Part shown: positions 28,331-41,614 of the stretch, in pieces | Position numbering within the stretch: position 1 is the first letter of the stretch | Layout: each line of letters begins with the position of its first letter | Assembly (NCBI RefSeq): GCF_009914755.1 | Contig: NC_060937.1 | Reading direction: 5' to 3' (one strand) | DNA length: 64,000 nt | From: the human T2T-CHM13v2.0 reference genome, Homo sapiens | Notes under the pieces: model-generated | The model's input: the letters and a program-made list of their open reading frames with translations, nothing else | What the model was told of the DNA's origin: nothing | Databases searched by the model: none | Translations under genes and position numbers: made by a program

Positions 28331-31255
28331 CCACATGTTTACTTGTTTCACAAACTTTTATTGATTTCACACGCTATCTATGTGTGCTGAGTGTACTGCA
28401 GGCTGAGGTTACAGAGATGAATAAATTAGGGTACCTACTCTAAAACTCACATAATTTAGATAAAATATAGACCCTTAAAATAATTAAAATGTAAACTGTG
28501 ATGAGTATAATACTAGAGACCATTATTAAGTGCTATTGGACAACAATCTACGACAGGACTATCTGATCTCATATAGATTATCCTGGATAGTCCCTTCATA
28601 GAAATCAAATCTAGAAGGGACTTTAGACATTATTTCACCCAACTTTCTCCTTCCAGATCATTCCTCAAGTAAAAGCTCAATGGCCTCTTACTCTATTATA
28701 CCTATTTACCCCCAGCCACCTCACGCCTTAACACACAAACACACACACACAAACTAAAACCATGACGCAGAGGCCTGTTGTTCCCGTAATGATAAAGAGT
28801 GTTGCCACATTGGATTCCAGGCAAAAGGAAGGGATCATGTGCATTTCTCATTAGGCATATTGCAATATTGAGCACAGCTTCACGAGAAGCAAGTTATTAC
28901 CCATAGAGCTTGTGGGAGACCCAGTTTAGAAACTGCTGCTCCTTAAGACTTATTCATGTCTATCGTATATTTACCTAAGCATGTTTCCTCACTTACTGTT
29001 ATTTAACTTTATGTGCCTGTGTCTCATTTCTTCAACTAAAAAACTAAGTTAATTCAGTGCAGTCATCACACTGGATACTTACTTGTTTTCCCAGGAGTAT
29101 TTGACATAGCAGCTCATTCCTAGTGGGTAGTAGGAAATTATTTGTGGTTGACTGACTGTAGGCTTTCATCACTCAGTTTGTGGTCAGATATTGGTGGAAT
29201 TTATGAAAAAGATCATTCAAATTTGCAGTCAGCCCTGGCTTGTGGGAGATGCCATGGCTTGCTATTTTTCTTCGTGAATTGCCTCTTGCTACAGAGTCCG
29301 TTTTAAAAAGGACTGGAGTAGGAGAATTGGTGTGGAAGCAATCTTCTTAACATAATCTATGAGATTCTGGACCCTAAATGAGATAAAGCATAAAGCGGCA
29401 CTAATATCAATTAATAGTGTATGACCAAGTTGTGTTTGACAAAACTACAATAAAGATATGCTCCAAAGTATCTAGAGACATGCTTAGTCTAAAAAGCTCC
29501 CTTTTTGTTAGAATAACGTAAAAACAGTAGCAACACTACAGCAACAGCAACAGAGGGGAAGATCTCATCTATATGTCTATGTAGCACTTAATGATTTACC
29601 TACTAACCCAAGAACATTGTATCTCATTATTTATGCTTATCCGTGCCATACAGCACTAATCAGGGCATCCTATGAAAATCCATTTGCTTTTTCAAACTCT
29701 ATCCTTTTGCTTATGTTGTTCCATATCCTAAAATTTTCTCTTACCCTTTCCATATATCCAAATTTTAGTGCTTTTAAAGATGTAACCTAAATGCCATGGC
29801 AGCCATGAAACTCCCTTTTACTCTGCAATAAGAAGTTGTCTCTCCTGCCTTTTGAAATTCACGAAGCACTCAAGTATATATTTCCTACAGCAGTTATCAT
29901 ATTGTCTTACATCACAATTGTTTTGATTCTGCTAGTAAGGGTTCAGAAATATCTTTTATATAATTTGGTTAATTAAATAACCTTCCAAATAAAGAGATAA
30001 CTGTGCCAGATTCATGTTTCCTTTCTACATTTCAAACTTACAAATGCTTGGCAAATAAAATGTTGTCTGAACATTTGTATATGGTACATTAATAAAAAGA
30101 GGATATCAGTTCTTGGGATGGGTCTTTTTTTTTGCCCCCTTGGGACAGGGACAAATCCTAGGTATGTTCTGAGGCAGATGGAAGTTGTTGCCTTTGATTT
30201 CAAAATACCCCTGTAATGTGATTTAGGAAATACAATAATGTAAAATCATGAAATATTTCTGTTCCCAAAATGGAGCTTTCAGTGACAGACCTGTACAGTA
30301 GACTGTTGAATTGGCCAATAATTTATACACTGGCTACTATTTTTTTTGTTTCTAATTCTTCTTTGCCTAGCCATCTATTTTTTTTTTTTTTAGGAAATTG
30401 AAGGAAAAATAAATAACATATCTTGGTCTTCTCCATAATACTTAAGTTCTTTATGGAAATGATAGAAGTCTTTATATCTCCTGGGTGCATAGTACTATGA
30501 CCTTTCCTGTGTAGATGTATATTAAATAAGTAATGAAGAGTTAATCAAAATGACTACTTACTATATTAGAAATCGAAGTACCATATTGTACTTCCTTTCG
30601 CTAATGTATTTACTTCAATTCGATAAAACCACCATGGATTACTATCCAGCAATATAATAATTCACATCAAATTTCAATATTTAATTATTTCGTGGATAAC
30701 AAAAATTTGTATAAAATTCGTAAAAATAGAAAAATTTGAAGCCATATATTTATTTCACAGAGGTTATTTTGGTGTCCTGCAAAAATTGTACTTAATTTTT
30801 GAACAGTAAAATTAAAATTCAAAAGAGAAAGTCTTAAAAGACTAGAAATACACAGCAAGCTTTCTGGAAGTTATTTCATTATGAAATTCTTACAGAAATT
30901 CAAAAGAATTGAAAGTTGATGTAATTATGGTTACTTTTACTGGAGATACCAACTTTTTGGCTTTAATTACCTGAGCATAAATTGAGAAGGAGAGTCTATA
31001 CACTAAAAAGACATTACATTGTTATGTATAACAGAACACGGGTCTTTGCTCCAATGCTCGGTTGCATACTCTCCTCCTTTGTCAAGAGGTAAGTGGCTTA
31101 AAATGACATCTTGCTTAGTTTACAATGGCAAGCTTCCTAGGTTTGTAGGAAGAATAATTTGAATGCTCTGTTTGCTAAAAGAAAAAGTTTTTAATAGTAT
31201 TTAATTGCTTTTACTAAGCCGTCAGAAGGCTCCTATTGAAAGCAATTGAAATAGT

Positions 31256-31284
31256 TAATTCCTTTTTCCCGGAAAAAGGAATTA
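31256..31284. promoter_or_regulatory. 29-bp perfect palindrome centred on a STAT/GAS motif (TTCCCGGAA)
   Basis: TAATTCCTTTTTCC-C-GGAAAAAGGAATTA. The palindrome is certain; function is only inferred. Confidence 0.4.
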
Positions 31285-31755
31285 CACCCCGCTTCTACTT
31301 TGTTGAGTAGGAGTGAAGTTGGTGAGAATAATTGTTTGACTAGATATGACTCTAGCCAGAATTTAAATTAGCCAGTATTGGATAATATTATTTTATTTGT
31401 ATTCTACCTCCTTAATATTGAGATCAACCGTCACTTATTAATAGCAGCGAGTTTGGGCAAACAAAATCACAAAATAGCGTGTATACACCTGAATTTTATT
31501 GTTTTCAAACAATAATAACAAACTCATAAATAAGCAGTGACATAGAACCTTTTTTTCTCTTTCCACAAAGCAATCAATATGTGAGTCTAAGCATTCTTCA
31601 CATTGCTAGTCTACAGGTTTCTGAGATACTTTGAGCCACATTAGTATTTTATAACATAATGGTAATACACATTTTTGGTTTTTTGTTTTCTTTATGATAT
31701 TGATCCCTTTTGCACCTTAGGATTGTCAGTATAATGTCCAAGAATATCGAAGCTG

Positions 31756-31848
31756 TGTTGGGGGATGGTTTCAGGATGAAGCTGTTCCGCCTCAGAACAT
31801 CAGGCATGGAACATGCAGCCTAGACCCCTCACATGCGCAGTTCACAAT
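31756..31848 (-). mobile_element. Inverted internal MER1B fragment
   Basis: Reverse complement of 32694-32803 with a 17-bp deletion and 4 mismatches. Confidence 0.9.
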
Positions 31849-32526
31849 GTTTTTGTGTGTGTTTGCTTGTCTTTGTATTTTCTATTTGGTTAGGCTTGTG
31901 GCTTGTTGTTGAGTCAAAGTGGAAGCCAAAAAGCTTCTAAAAGTCAGTTAGAAGCTCTTGACAAATCTGTAAGAATTTTGAAGTCAATTAAGAGCTATCC
32001 TTGAGTTAACTGTGCTCATTTGGAATATCTCATTTGTGCCATAGATGACTCATAGGGGGAACAGAAGCTCTCTTCATGCTTTTCCTCCACTCAATGCAAG
32101 TTTTGAGATTTATTCCTCATTGCGGCAGCATAGCTCTGCTTGTTTTTCTCTAAAGAAGAATTGACTCATGCCTCCTCAAATCTTTCGAACGATTACCTGA
32201 GAATGTTAAGTATGTCAAATTTTAACTCATTATTTTCAAATCAATAGACAACTGTAGCTACAACTCAAATTTTCTATTTCAATGTAGAAGTGCTGTGCTA
32301 TATTCTCATATTCAACTTTGCCTAACGCATTTCTATGCTATTAAATTTGCAAAGTTTAAGACAAGATGCCGAAAAAATGGTATTGGACCACTGAAATATT
32401 AATGGTGGATGTTTAAGGATTTAATGGCTACATGAACTACCTTAAAGCAATTTAAAACATATGTAGTTTTTCAAACTATGCATTAAGTACTATAAAAGCA
32501 ACTTGGAACCCATTAGCATGTTAAAT

Positions 32527-32865
32527 CAGGGGACCCCAAGCCATGGCCGCCAACTGGAACTGGTCTGTGGCCCATGGCCTGTTAGGAACTGGTCCACATC
32601 ACAGGAGGTAAGCAGCCAGCCAGCATTACCACCTGAGCTCCGCCTCCTGTCAGATTAGCAGTGGCATTAGATTATCATGGGAACACAAACCCTATTGTGA
32701 GCTGCGCATGTGAGGGATCTAGGCTGCATGTTCCTTATGAGAATCTAACTAATGCCTGATGTTCTGAGGTGGAACAGATTCATCCTGAAACCATCCCCCA
32801 ACAGTCTGTGGAAAATTATCTTCTATGAAATTGGTCCTTGGTGCCAAAAAGGTTGGGGACCACTG
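32527..32865 (+). mobile_element. MER1B (hAT-Charlie non-autonomous element), intact
   Basis: TIRs CAGGGGACCCCAA / TTGGGGACCACTG and 8-bp TSD TGTTAAAT / TGCTAAAG. 339 bp. Confidence 0.93.
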
Positions 32866-33469
32866 TGCTAAAGCATTCTAGAGCCATTGTTATATGGTTA
32901 CACGATAATTATTCATTTCTTCTTAGTGAGTAGACGAGAAGATGTAGATTCCTATCAATAAACTGCGAAGGTGTAATACAAATGCTAATAGAGATTTTGT
33001 AAACATTCTCCTTATTGCTGATTTTACATTATTTTGCTGAATCATAAAGGGACTATTCATAGAGCTAATAATTTCTTCAAAAGAAACAAACACAAATACA
33101 TATATTAGCAACTTTATTGGAAAAAATATTTCATTTTCTTTTAAAAATAAAAGGTATTTGAAATTATTATTATTTTGTTTGTCAAAAACAAATTAGTTAG
33201 CAGTATTGTATTACATATGAGTTTTCCAAATAGAAGTTTATTCATTTAACTGCATTATTAACTTGTCCAATATTCATAATGTTCTATAATTGCTTTATAT
33301 TTGAAATGTGAGTGATTTCAATTGTAAGAAATTACTAGAAAGGAAGTTAAACAGAAAATGTTTTCAGAATAGCTAATCTTTCCCCCTTTATCCTCCTTTT
33401 TTAGTTACCTTATTTTTTGCCTTTTGATTTTTACTCATGTTTTCTGATTGTTTTACTGTTAATTTCAAG

Positions 33470-33595
33470 CAGTTGAAGATAAATGTGTTGCTGAGAGCAT
33501 GGACATTGTTAGTCATGTTGACGTCTGTGTCACCAGAAACTAGAAACAGTGCCAAGCACAGAAATGCTCAATAAAAAGTTGTTGAAAGACAACTG
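33470..33595 (+). mobile_element. L2 3' end
   Basis: ACTAGAAACAGTGCCAAGCACAGAAATGCTCAATAAAAAGTTGTTGAA. Confidence 0.6.
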
Positions 33596-34099
33596 AAGGA
33601 AGAAAATCTTAGGACCATCTGCCCAATGATCCAAAGCTTATTTTCACAAACAAAATTGGACAAAAGCAAGATAATTGAACTCTGTATCCAGCAGAATGCC
33701 TTGCACAAAGTGAGTGCATAATATTCCTTGTATTCATACAATAAAATTTTATTAATTTTTAAATTGCAATACAAATTAAGACCTTGAACAAATATTCGGT
33801 TAATAAATAATCATTCACAGCAACTGGGAAATGGTTTACATTCTTATTCCTAATTTACAGAAAGAAACTGAGGCCTATACTGAATGTCTTTCCTGGGGTC
33901 TTGGCATTCCAAAACTGGGAATTGAAGCCAGTCTTTGACAGAGTCCAGTGTTTTTTCTACTAAACCAACGTTTCCCCGAGATAGCTCAACAGAAGGTGTT
34001 TAATAGGGATAAATATATTACCCCTAAGTATGATCATCTTAAATTATTTATTAAGGTGGTACTTTACAAGTACATCAAGGATAATATACTGTAAATGTA

Positions 34100-34670
34100 T
34101 AGACAATCCTCACTTAACATTGTCAATAGGTTCTTGGAAACTGGGAGTTTAAGCAAAACAATGTATAAGGAAACCGATCTTGCCATAGGCAAATTAAATT
34201 CCTATGGCATATTTCTGGTTACAAAAATATCACTACACTTCTAAATAAAGACCAAAACACTTCTAAAATTAAACATTGAAATAAATGTGAGCTATACATG
34301 CATTTAAGAAAGAATAATAAAAACAAGATAATTATTTACCTGCTAATTCCATCCAGTTCAGGGGCATGGGTGTCCCAGCAGCTGAGAACACAAGGCAAAA
34401 ACCAACCCCAGAGAGGATGCCATCCATCGGAGGGCACAGTCACACACTCCGTGCACTCGCTACGACTGGGACAATGTAGACACACCAATTAACTTAAAGT
34501 GCACATCTTTGGAATGTGGGAGGAAACTAGAGTACATGTAGAAAACCCATGCAGACATGAGGAGAAGTGCAAACAACACAGGCAGAGGCCCCAACTGGGA
34601 ATCAACATTTTTTTGTCATCATAATAACTAAATAACATTGAATGAAATGTCTTTATTAGAGGACTTGCTG
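34100..34670 (+). mobile_element. MER82-like TcMar-Tigger element
   Basis: AATCCTCACTTAAC...AATAGGTTCTTGGAAACTG start, GAGGACTTGCTG end, TA on both sides. Confidence 0.85.
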
Positions 34671-37152
34671 TATATTTAAGTGTATAGAACCTATTTTTAA
34701 TATTCAAAATTCTTATATTCAAAATTTTCACATTCTTCCTTAACACGAACATTGAGTCTGCAAAGTCAGATAAGTGAAATTTAAACTTAAATTAAAAAGA
34801 GTGAATTCTTTTCAAGGCTATCTTGTCCTTGTGCAAGTATTTAAAGCTCCTAATATTCTACATTATATCTTATTTATGATAACTGACTAGGGATATGAAA
34901 TTAGTAATATGAAACTAGCATTTAAAATCTCTAGACTCTCATCTCTTTTTTGAGTATTTATAAAGTGTATGCAACCACTGGGAAAAAAAAGTCTATATTT
35001 ACACGTCCTCTGTAATCACACGTTTATTGGAAAGTTAGGCACAAATAGTTAAGAAGAAGGTGACTGAAAATTTCTGGTGTTTTAGATTTGACCTACTTCC
35101 CTTATTCTTCTGTGGTATCCTTCCAAGTATCAGAGAGAACAGATGGAATTAAGTGTATACACACAAAATAGATTGATAGAGAATAGACATATTTATATAG
35201 ATTATGACTAAAGTATATACCAGGTTTCTTTACCTAGGAAATATTTGCGTATCTAAGGTCATTTTTTCTATTTAACCTACTGTTCACCCTTTGTGTTCTG
35301 CACTGATGCCATGCAAACCCACTTTACATTTCCCAAATGGGAACTAACGACTGTGAATTATTCTACCATAAATTTGATTTCACTTCACATAAATGGGTCT
35401 TTTTATTGTATATAATTAAGATGAAGAAGGTCATTATAATCAAGGCAATCACCAGGAGAGATGCATGTACAGTTAAACTTTGCATTCATTGCTATTTTCT
35501 GTGAAACTCCAATTTTGGATCCCATTACCTAATCTGTTTCAAAACAATGTCTGTGCTAACCCATTAATTCCTCCTAAATTTTCTATTTTAACCCTTTTTA
35601 AATTTATTAAAGCAATGAGAAATTTTCTTCCACTACCAAAATATACGTGGAGCTATATCAACTTGGAGATCATTTTACAACTGGGAAAAAGACACCGAGT
35701 CTCAGTTCATGAAGATTTTTCTGTACTTAATATGAGCCAGGTGCTCTGCTCCATTGTGTGGGGGTCATTAGGATAGGTCGGTTGGATGGGAAATCTAACA
35801 CATAGAGGCCCCCTCACAGCATAAAAGTGTATAAGTTAACTCATATCATGTTTACTCAAAAATGTATAGGCAAGTAAAGTCATAGTTTTCCCAGTCAATT
35901 GTGTGTTTTCTTATCTCAGAGACAAGTATCTCAATAATTCTCACTACATAAAGCCATATAAATTTCAGAGTACTCAATATGATAAGTAGTCAGGTGAATA
36001 TAAAATTCAGCCACATATTGGAGAGAGTTCACCCTCCTGTATCCTGATAAGTATTCTTGAAGAATAAAATTTTAATATAGACAGCTTCTCAATTACTGGA
36101 CACTGAAAACAATTTACTGGCCATTATTCATCTCTTTGCAGATTTTTTTAAATCTAATTAGTAGTAACTTCTACTACCCATTTTCTAGTTAAGGTTTGAA
36201 TAATAAATTTGAAGCTAAAAAATGTGCTCTTGAAATTCTCTATAAGGTAAAATTTTAGTTTATGGGCAAATACCCAATAGCAACTGAATTAAACTATTTT
36301 TCTGTGAGTGTGATGCTAAATCAGCCCTTTGACTCATTTTGCAACAGGGAGACAGAAAATTGAATTCATCAACATTTCTTTCATCTGTTTCTAGGCTGAT
36401 ATACAAGAGTAAAAATTTATTAACAAAGATACATAATCCAAATTATGTGTGAAAGAGGAAGAATTATCATAAGACTGCTTTTAATGACTTCTTTGAATGG
36501 CTTCATTCCTTTCTTTAAAGGAAAAGCCAACAAAGTTATGTTTAACCATTAACTGATAAAATAGCCCATTGGTAGCCTCGACAAGATATTCTCTATATTT
36601 TTCTAATGTGATTTTGTGTTTGAGATATTAAGCCAACTACTCCTTCATTAAATTAAAGAGACCATTATTTCAAATATAGTCATTATTTCCTTTTTACGTA
36701 CTAAGTCCAAGTTTGTAATAAGAATTGCTGAGTTTATTCTCTTAATACAACCTTTTGAGACATGTGTCACAATAACGCTTTTTCTCTATTATTCTTCAAC
36801 AAAATTGAATATGTAGCTATATGTAGCTATACATATGGTATTCTTATGTAGCTATACAAATTGGTACATAGCATTGCTCTGCATTTGGAAAATGCAAATT
36901 ACTCTCAAACAAAATTCTTTTAAAGACTTGAGGAAAAATAGAAATCTAATATAAAATATTAAGACATAAAAAATGTGAGTAATGATTATTTGATTAGTCT
37001 GATTTTATTATATAATAAATTTAAAGAGAAAACTATGAACAAGATAAAGATAATAACTAATGAAAAGTAATAGAAGTTTAGGAAAATAACTTCAATTTAT
37101 TTTACGTGAGTAAAAGATTGGTCTATAAAGAGAAAGCCCAAATGTAATGTTC

Positions 37153-37444
37153 ACTTGGAACCCATTAGCATGTTAAACCAGGGGTCCCCAAGCCATGGCC
37201 GCCAAGTGGAACTGATCCGTGGCCCATGGCCTGTTAGGAACTTGTCTGCACCGCAGGAGGTAAGCAGCCAGCCAGCATTACCACCACCTGAGCTCCGCCT
37301 CCTGTCAGAGCAGCAGTGGCATTAGATTATCACGGGAACACAAACCCTACTGTGAACTGCCCATGCGAGGGATCTAGGTTGTGTGCTCCTTATAATAATC
37401 TAATGCCTGATGATCTGTCACTGTCTCCCATCATCCCCCAGATG
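37153..37444 (+). mobile_element. Chimeric MER1B/MER1A fragment carrying duplicated host flank
   Basis: 37153-37178 matches 32501-32526 (25/26). It is followed by the MER1B left part and then TGATCTGTCACTGTCTCCCATCATCCCCCAGATG. No right TIR. Confidence 0.88.
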
Positions 37445-37810
37445 TCCAAGCCAAGTGGTTTCTGAATTTCCATTGAGTAGCTGGATCAATTATGCCATTA
37501 AATATTTGAATTAAGTAACAGACTTCCTTTCTTCTTATTTCATGCTCAATCAACTTTTCTATCATAATTTGTGTTCCCCTGTAGCTTGTTATATTGAGAC
37601 AATATAATATGTAGAAGACAGTGGGACTTAACTCACTCATTTATCCTTTCCATGAGAAGTTTATTAGCATTATGTTTTATATATTTAAGTCATCTGTAAC
37701 TAAGTCTCTGTATTCAATCTATGTTTGTGCAGTGATAGAATGGCATCTTAGGCCTAGGGAGCAAGTGACTGGCATCTGGTAAAGAGTGTTTTAGCTCCTG
37801 CGATCTACCT

Positions 37811-37890
37811 TATATATATATATAGACACACACACACACACACACACATATATAATACATATATGTATATGTATTTATATATACATGCAC
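37811..37890. repeat. (TA)n(CA)n microsatellite
   Basis: Read directly. Confidence 0.9.
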
Positions 37891-37919
37891 ACATTTTTCT
37901 ATATGTTCAGTGTGATACC

Positions 37920-39280
37920 AATCAACAGCCAAAGTTTTTTTATGAAATATGAACTGATTGCATATTTCATATGGATAAAAATAAAGAATAACTAAGGTAG
38001 TTTTGAAAAACCAATACAATGATGGTGGTATTCTCTTATAAAATCCCCCTAAGGTACATTAACCTATAATAAACAGTGTGCCATATACATGAATGAAAAT
38101 AATGGACCTATGGAATACACATTAGATTACCAAACAGTCTTCATCAGGTATATAGCTTGTGATAAAACTGGAAATTTACTATCGAAGGTTTGTACAGTAA
38201 ATGATGTTTTGAATATTCTTTATAAATTGAAATATTAATAAATAATTTTAATAAACCCTTTCCTTATACTACACACATTCACACAGTATAGAATCATATG
38301 TGCATTTCAGATTAAGTCAAGAGCTAAAATTAAACAAATATATTTAAAAATAAATATTAGTGGAAAATAATTTTACGATATTTGATAGGGAAGATCTTTC
38401 TAGGTAAGAACGAAACCCCAGAAGGCAATATTGACAGATTTCATTAAACAAAAATTAAATATCCTTCAATGCTAAAATATAATTATAAAAATACAAAGAA
38501 CAATTAAAAGAAAATATTTTTAATAAATATAGTAGACGTAGAATCATAACGAAGGTAACCATGACAGAATCCCAATGAAAAAATGAATGAAGATTAGGAA
38601 TTGGTAGTTCAGTGAGCAAGAAGTATAGAAATTTCCAAGAATTATAAGGTGCTATGCCACACTAATATTTAAATAACTTCAATATGAACTAATGTATCAT
38701 TTTAATCCATATAATTGACCATCATCAAAAAGATTAATATCTGTTGTGAATGATAATACATAAAATATAAACAAGCAGAAGCTGTATAAGTAAAGCACTT
38801 CTGAAGGAAAATTTAGCACTATTTTCAGACTTCACATGTGCATCCCCTTTGACCTAGGATTTTGTTTCAAAGAATCTATCCTAGAGCAACAGTCACACAT
38901 TACGACCAAGATGTATGCACAAGATGTTCACTGAAGAATTGTATATTCTGTACTATCTACACTATGAAATGGAAAACCTAATTTCCCATCAGTAAGGACA
39001 TATTTGAATAAATTATGATACATTTATGGTCCAGCTTTTAAAATAAATGCCACAGAGCTTTAAATACTGCCACAGAGCAACTGTCAAGATACGACTTTAA
39101 GGAGAAGGAAAAGACAAGAAAGAATCCACAAAGTACACTCCTTTTTATGTAAAAATAAGGTGTGTATGTGTGTGTATGCACACGCATGCCTGTGCAAGTA
39201 TGAAGAGTGGTTTTCCCAGTTATCTTGATATATTTCATATTATTTGATATATCGCAATGATTCATGTATTACTTGAACAC
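37920..39280 (+). mobile_element. Highly degenerate L1ME-like fragment
   Basis: A-rich tract with ATTTCATATGGA, CCCTTTGACCTAGGATTT, ATCTATCCTAGAG and CAAGATGTTCACTG motifs in L1 ORF2 order. Confidence 0.6.
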
Positions 39281-40148
39281 ACTTTTTCTTTAATAACTGA
39301 TGTTTTTACAGAACGTTGCAGTATAATGCTCAGACGAAAATAAGCACTAGTGGATAAAAGGTACAGAGAAGCAATGTAGAGGGTTTCTGTATTGTGTAGT
39401 TGACCTGAATATACTAATTTTCAGGCTGGGCAGTAATCTAACAGCGGCTCCATGTAAGGGAATGCAGTATCCAGGGGCACAGATGACAGTTGATACTCTC
39501 TGATTCTATGATTCAAAATGCAAAACCTTATTTTACATTTTAGATAATTAATCTGCATGCATTACTTCAATCTGTTGCCTAACCTACAGGTGCCATTTAC
39601 TAGGCACACCTGGCATGACTCAGGTATTTTTATCCTGTTCACTCATTTGAGGACAACTGTACTACCAGAAAGGGAACTAGATGTTAATTTAAATATGTTG
39701 AAAGCATTGCACAGAACTTTCTTTATTTAACCCATTCATCTTAATGCCTTTTTCCAGTTCAAAGGAAAAACAACTACTGAATTTTCTAAGCTCTCTAGCT
39801 GTGATAACAGAAACACAAAAAGACGATGATTGAGAACTGTTGTGATGCAAAAGGAGTGCCAAAATGTTCGCAAGACTTTTGTTGCATATAATATAAAACC
39901 ACTTTAATTAACTTGAGTTAAAAACCGGATTAAATTGTTCTCCTCAAGCATGCAACTCTAACAGTAGATTTGCAACTTTTAAAGTATGATTTTTTGCTAA
40001 TATTATTTAAATAAATCTCACAGCAGTGACTCCATTGTATAATAATTTTAAGAACTACTTATTTTTTCTAGTACTGAATTTATTAAAGAAAAGCTACAAT
40101 TCTGACAGCAGAATGTATTACATCTTTTCTTAACAAAAGATTACTTGA

Positions 40149-40483
<335 letters not shown>

Positions 40484-41079
40484 AATGCTTACTTGAGATA
40501 TGGATATTATGCTAAGTTTTCTCTAACATTATACATGACCAATTGGTCTATAATAGAAAACATCCATTCAAAAACATTTGCAGATGATATTACTTGTTAA
40601 AGATTGACTCCACACTTGTATTTTATTATATTTTCCTGAGAATTGTTCCATGTAAATATCATTGTGGAGAAACATTTCTCTTTTCCCTTCTGCCACCAAT
40701 GGGAATTTTGATTTATGGTAAATGACTTGGACCTTATGTTTATCAGGACAAACATAGATTCAACAGGACACTTGACTTTGTCCTAAGATAATCACGTTGC
40801 AATGTGTGTGTTTTAAAAAGAAAATCAATTAATCTCAGTAATTTTAATAGTGTTAGTTTTTCTAAGGTTAATGTTTTTTCAGTTTGTGATTAATTGGTGT
40901 CATTACAAGTTAGCTGCCCTAATTAAACAAGTATCATACTCAACTAATTTATATGTGCATAATGATGTATATAAATCCATATGTAAATTATCCGCGTCAA
41001 ATGTAGGTATCAAAATAGAGCTTGTATATATGTATAAAATGGTTATGTGTATTTATGTCCATTTACCGTTATCTTTCTA

Positions 41080-41167
41080 TTAGGTTGGTGCAAAAGTAAT
41101 TGCGGTTTTAGTCATTAAACGTATTAAAAGTAATGGCAAGATCACAATTACTTTTGCACCAACCTAA
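41080..41167. mobile_element. MADE1 MITE (Hsmar1-derived hairpin)
   Basis: TA-TTAGGTTGGTGCAAAAGTAATTG ... CAATTACTTTTGCACCAACCTAA, with perfect 23-bp outer arms. Confidence 0.95.
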
Positions 41168-41614
41168 ATATCTATCTCTGTGTAGGTATCCATGATTGCA
41201 CACACTCTACCCACACACAAATAGATTATTAACCTTTGACATACGGTTCTCTTCCTACCATGATTCAAATTATCACACTAGTTTGGAGTAATAATCATTA
41301 AGTCAAAATTTACCTTTTGACATCTTTGATCCTCTGTGTCTGTGAGAATAGTTGAAAAAACTCTTAAAAATGCTTGTAGTGCTAGAAATTCCTATTTTAA
41401 AAAGTTTGCAGGGGAAAAGAACATTGAATTCATTGGTTCTTTCACAGATATTTACTGTCTACCTGATGCTAGTCCATCTTACACTAGTCACTGTTTAAGA
41501 AATTCAGAATATATCAGTGAGTAAAACAGACAACCCTATGCCTGAGGATCTTATGTTTTAGGAAGTATGGAGGATCAACAAAAATAAACATAACAATTCA
41601 GTAAATGATATCGT

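Noticed and set aside
31035-31094. Possible 54-bp plus-strand exon ending AG/GTAAGT
   Set aside because: The donor is good, but the polypyrimidine tract is weak and there is no recognisable peptide or partner exon.
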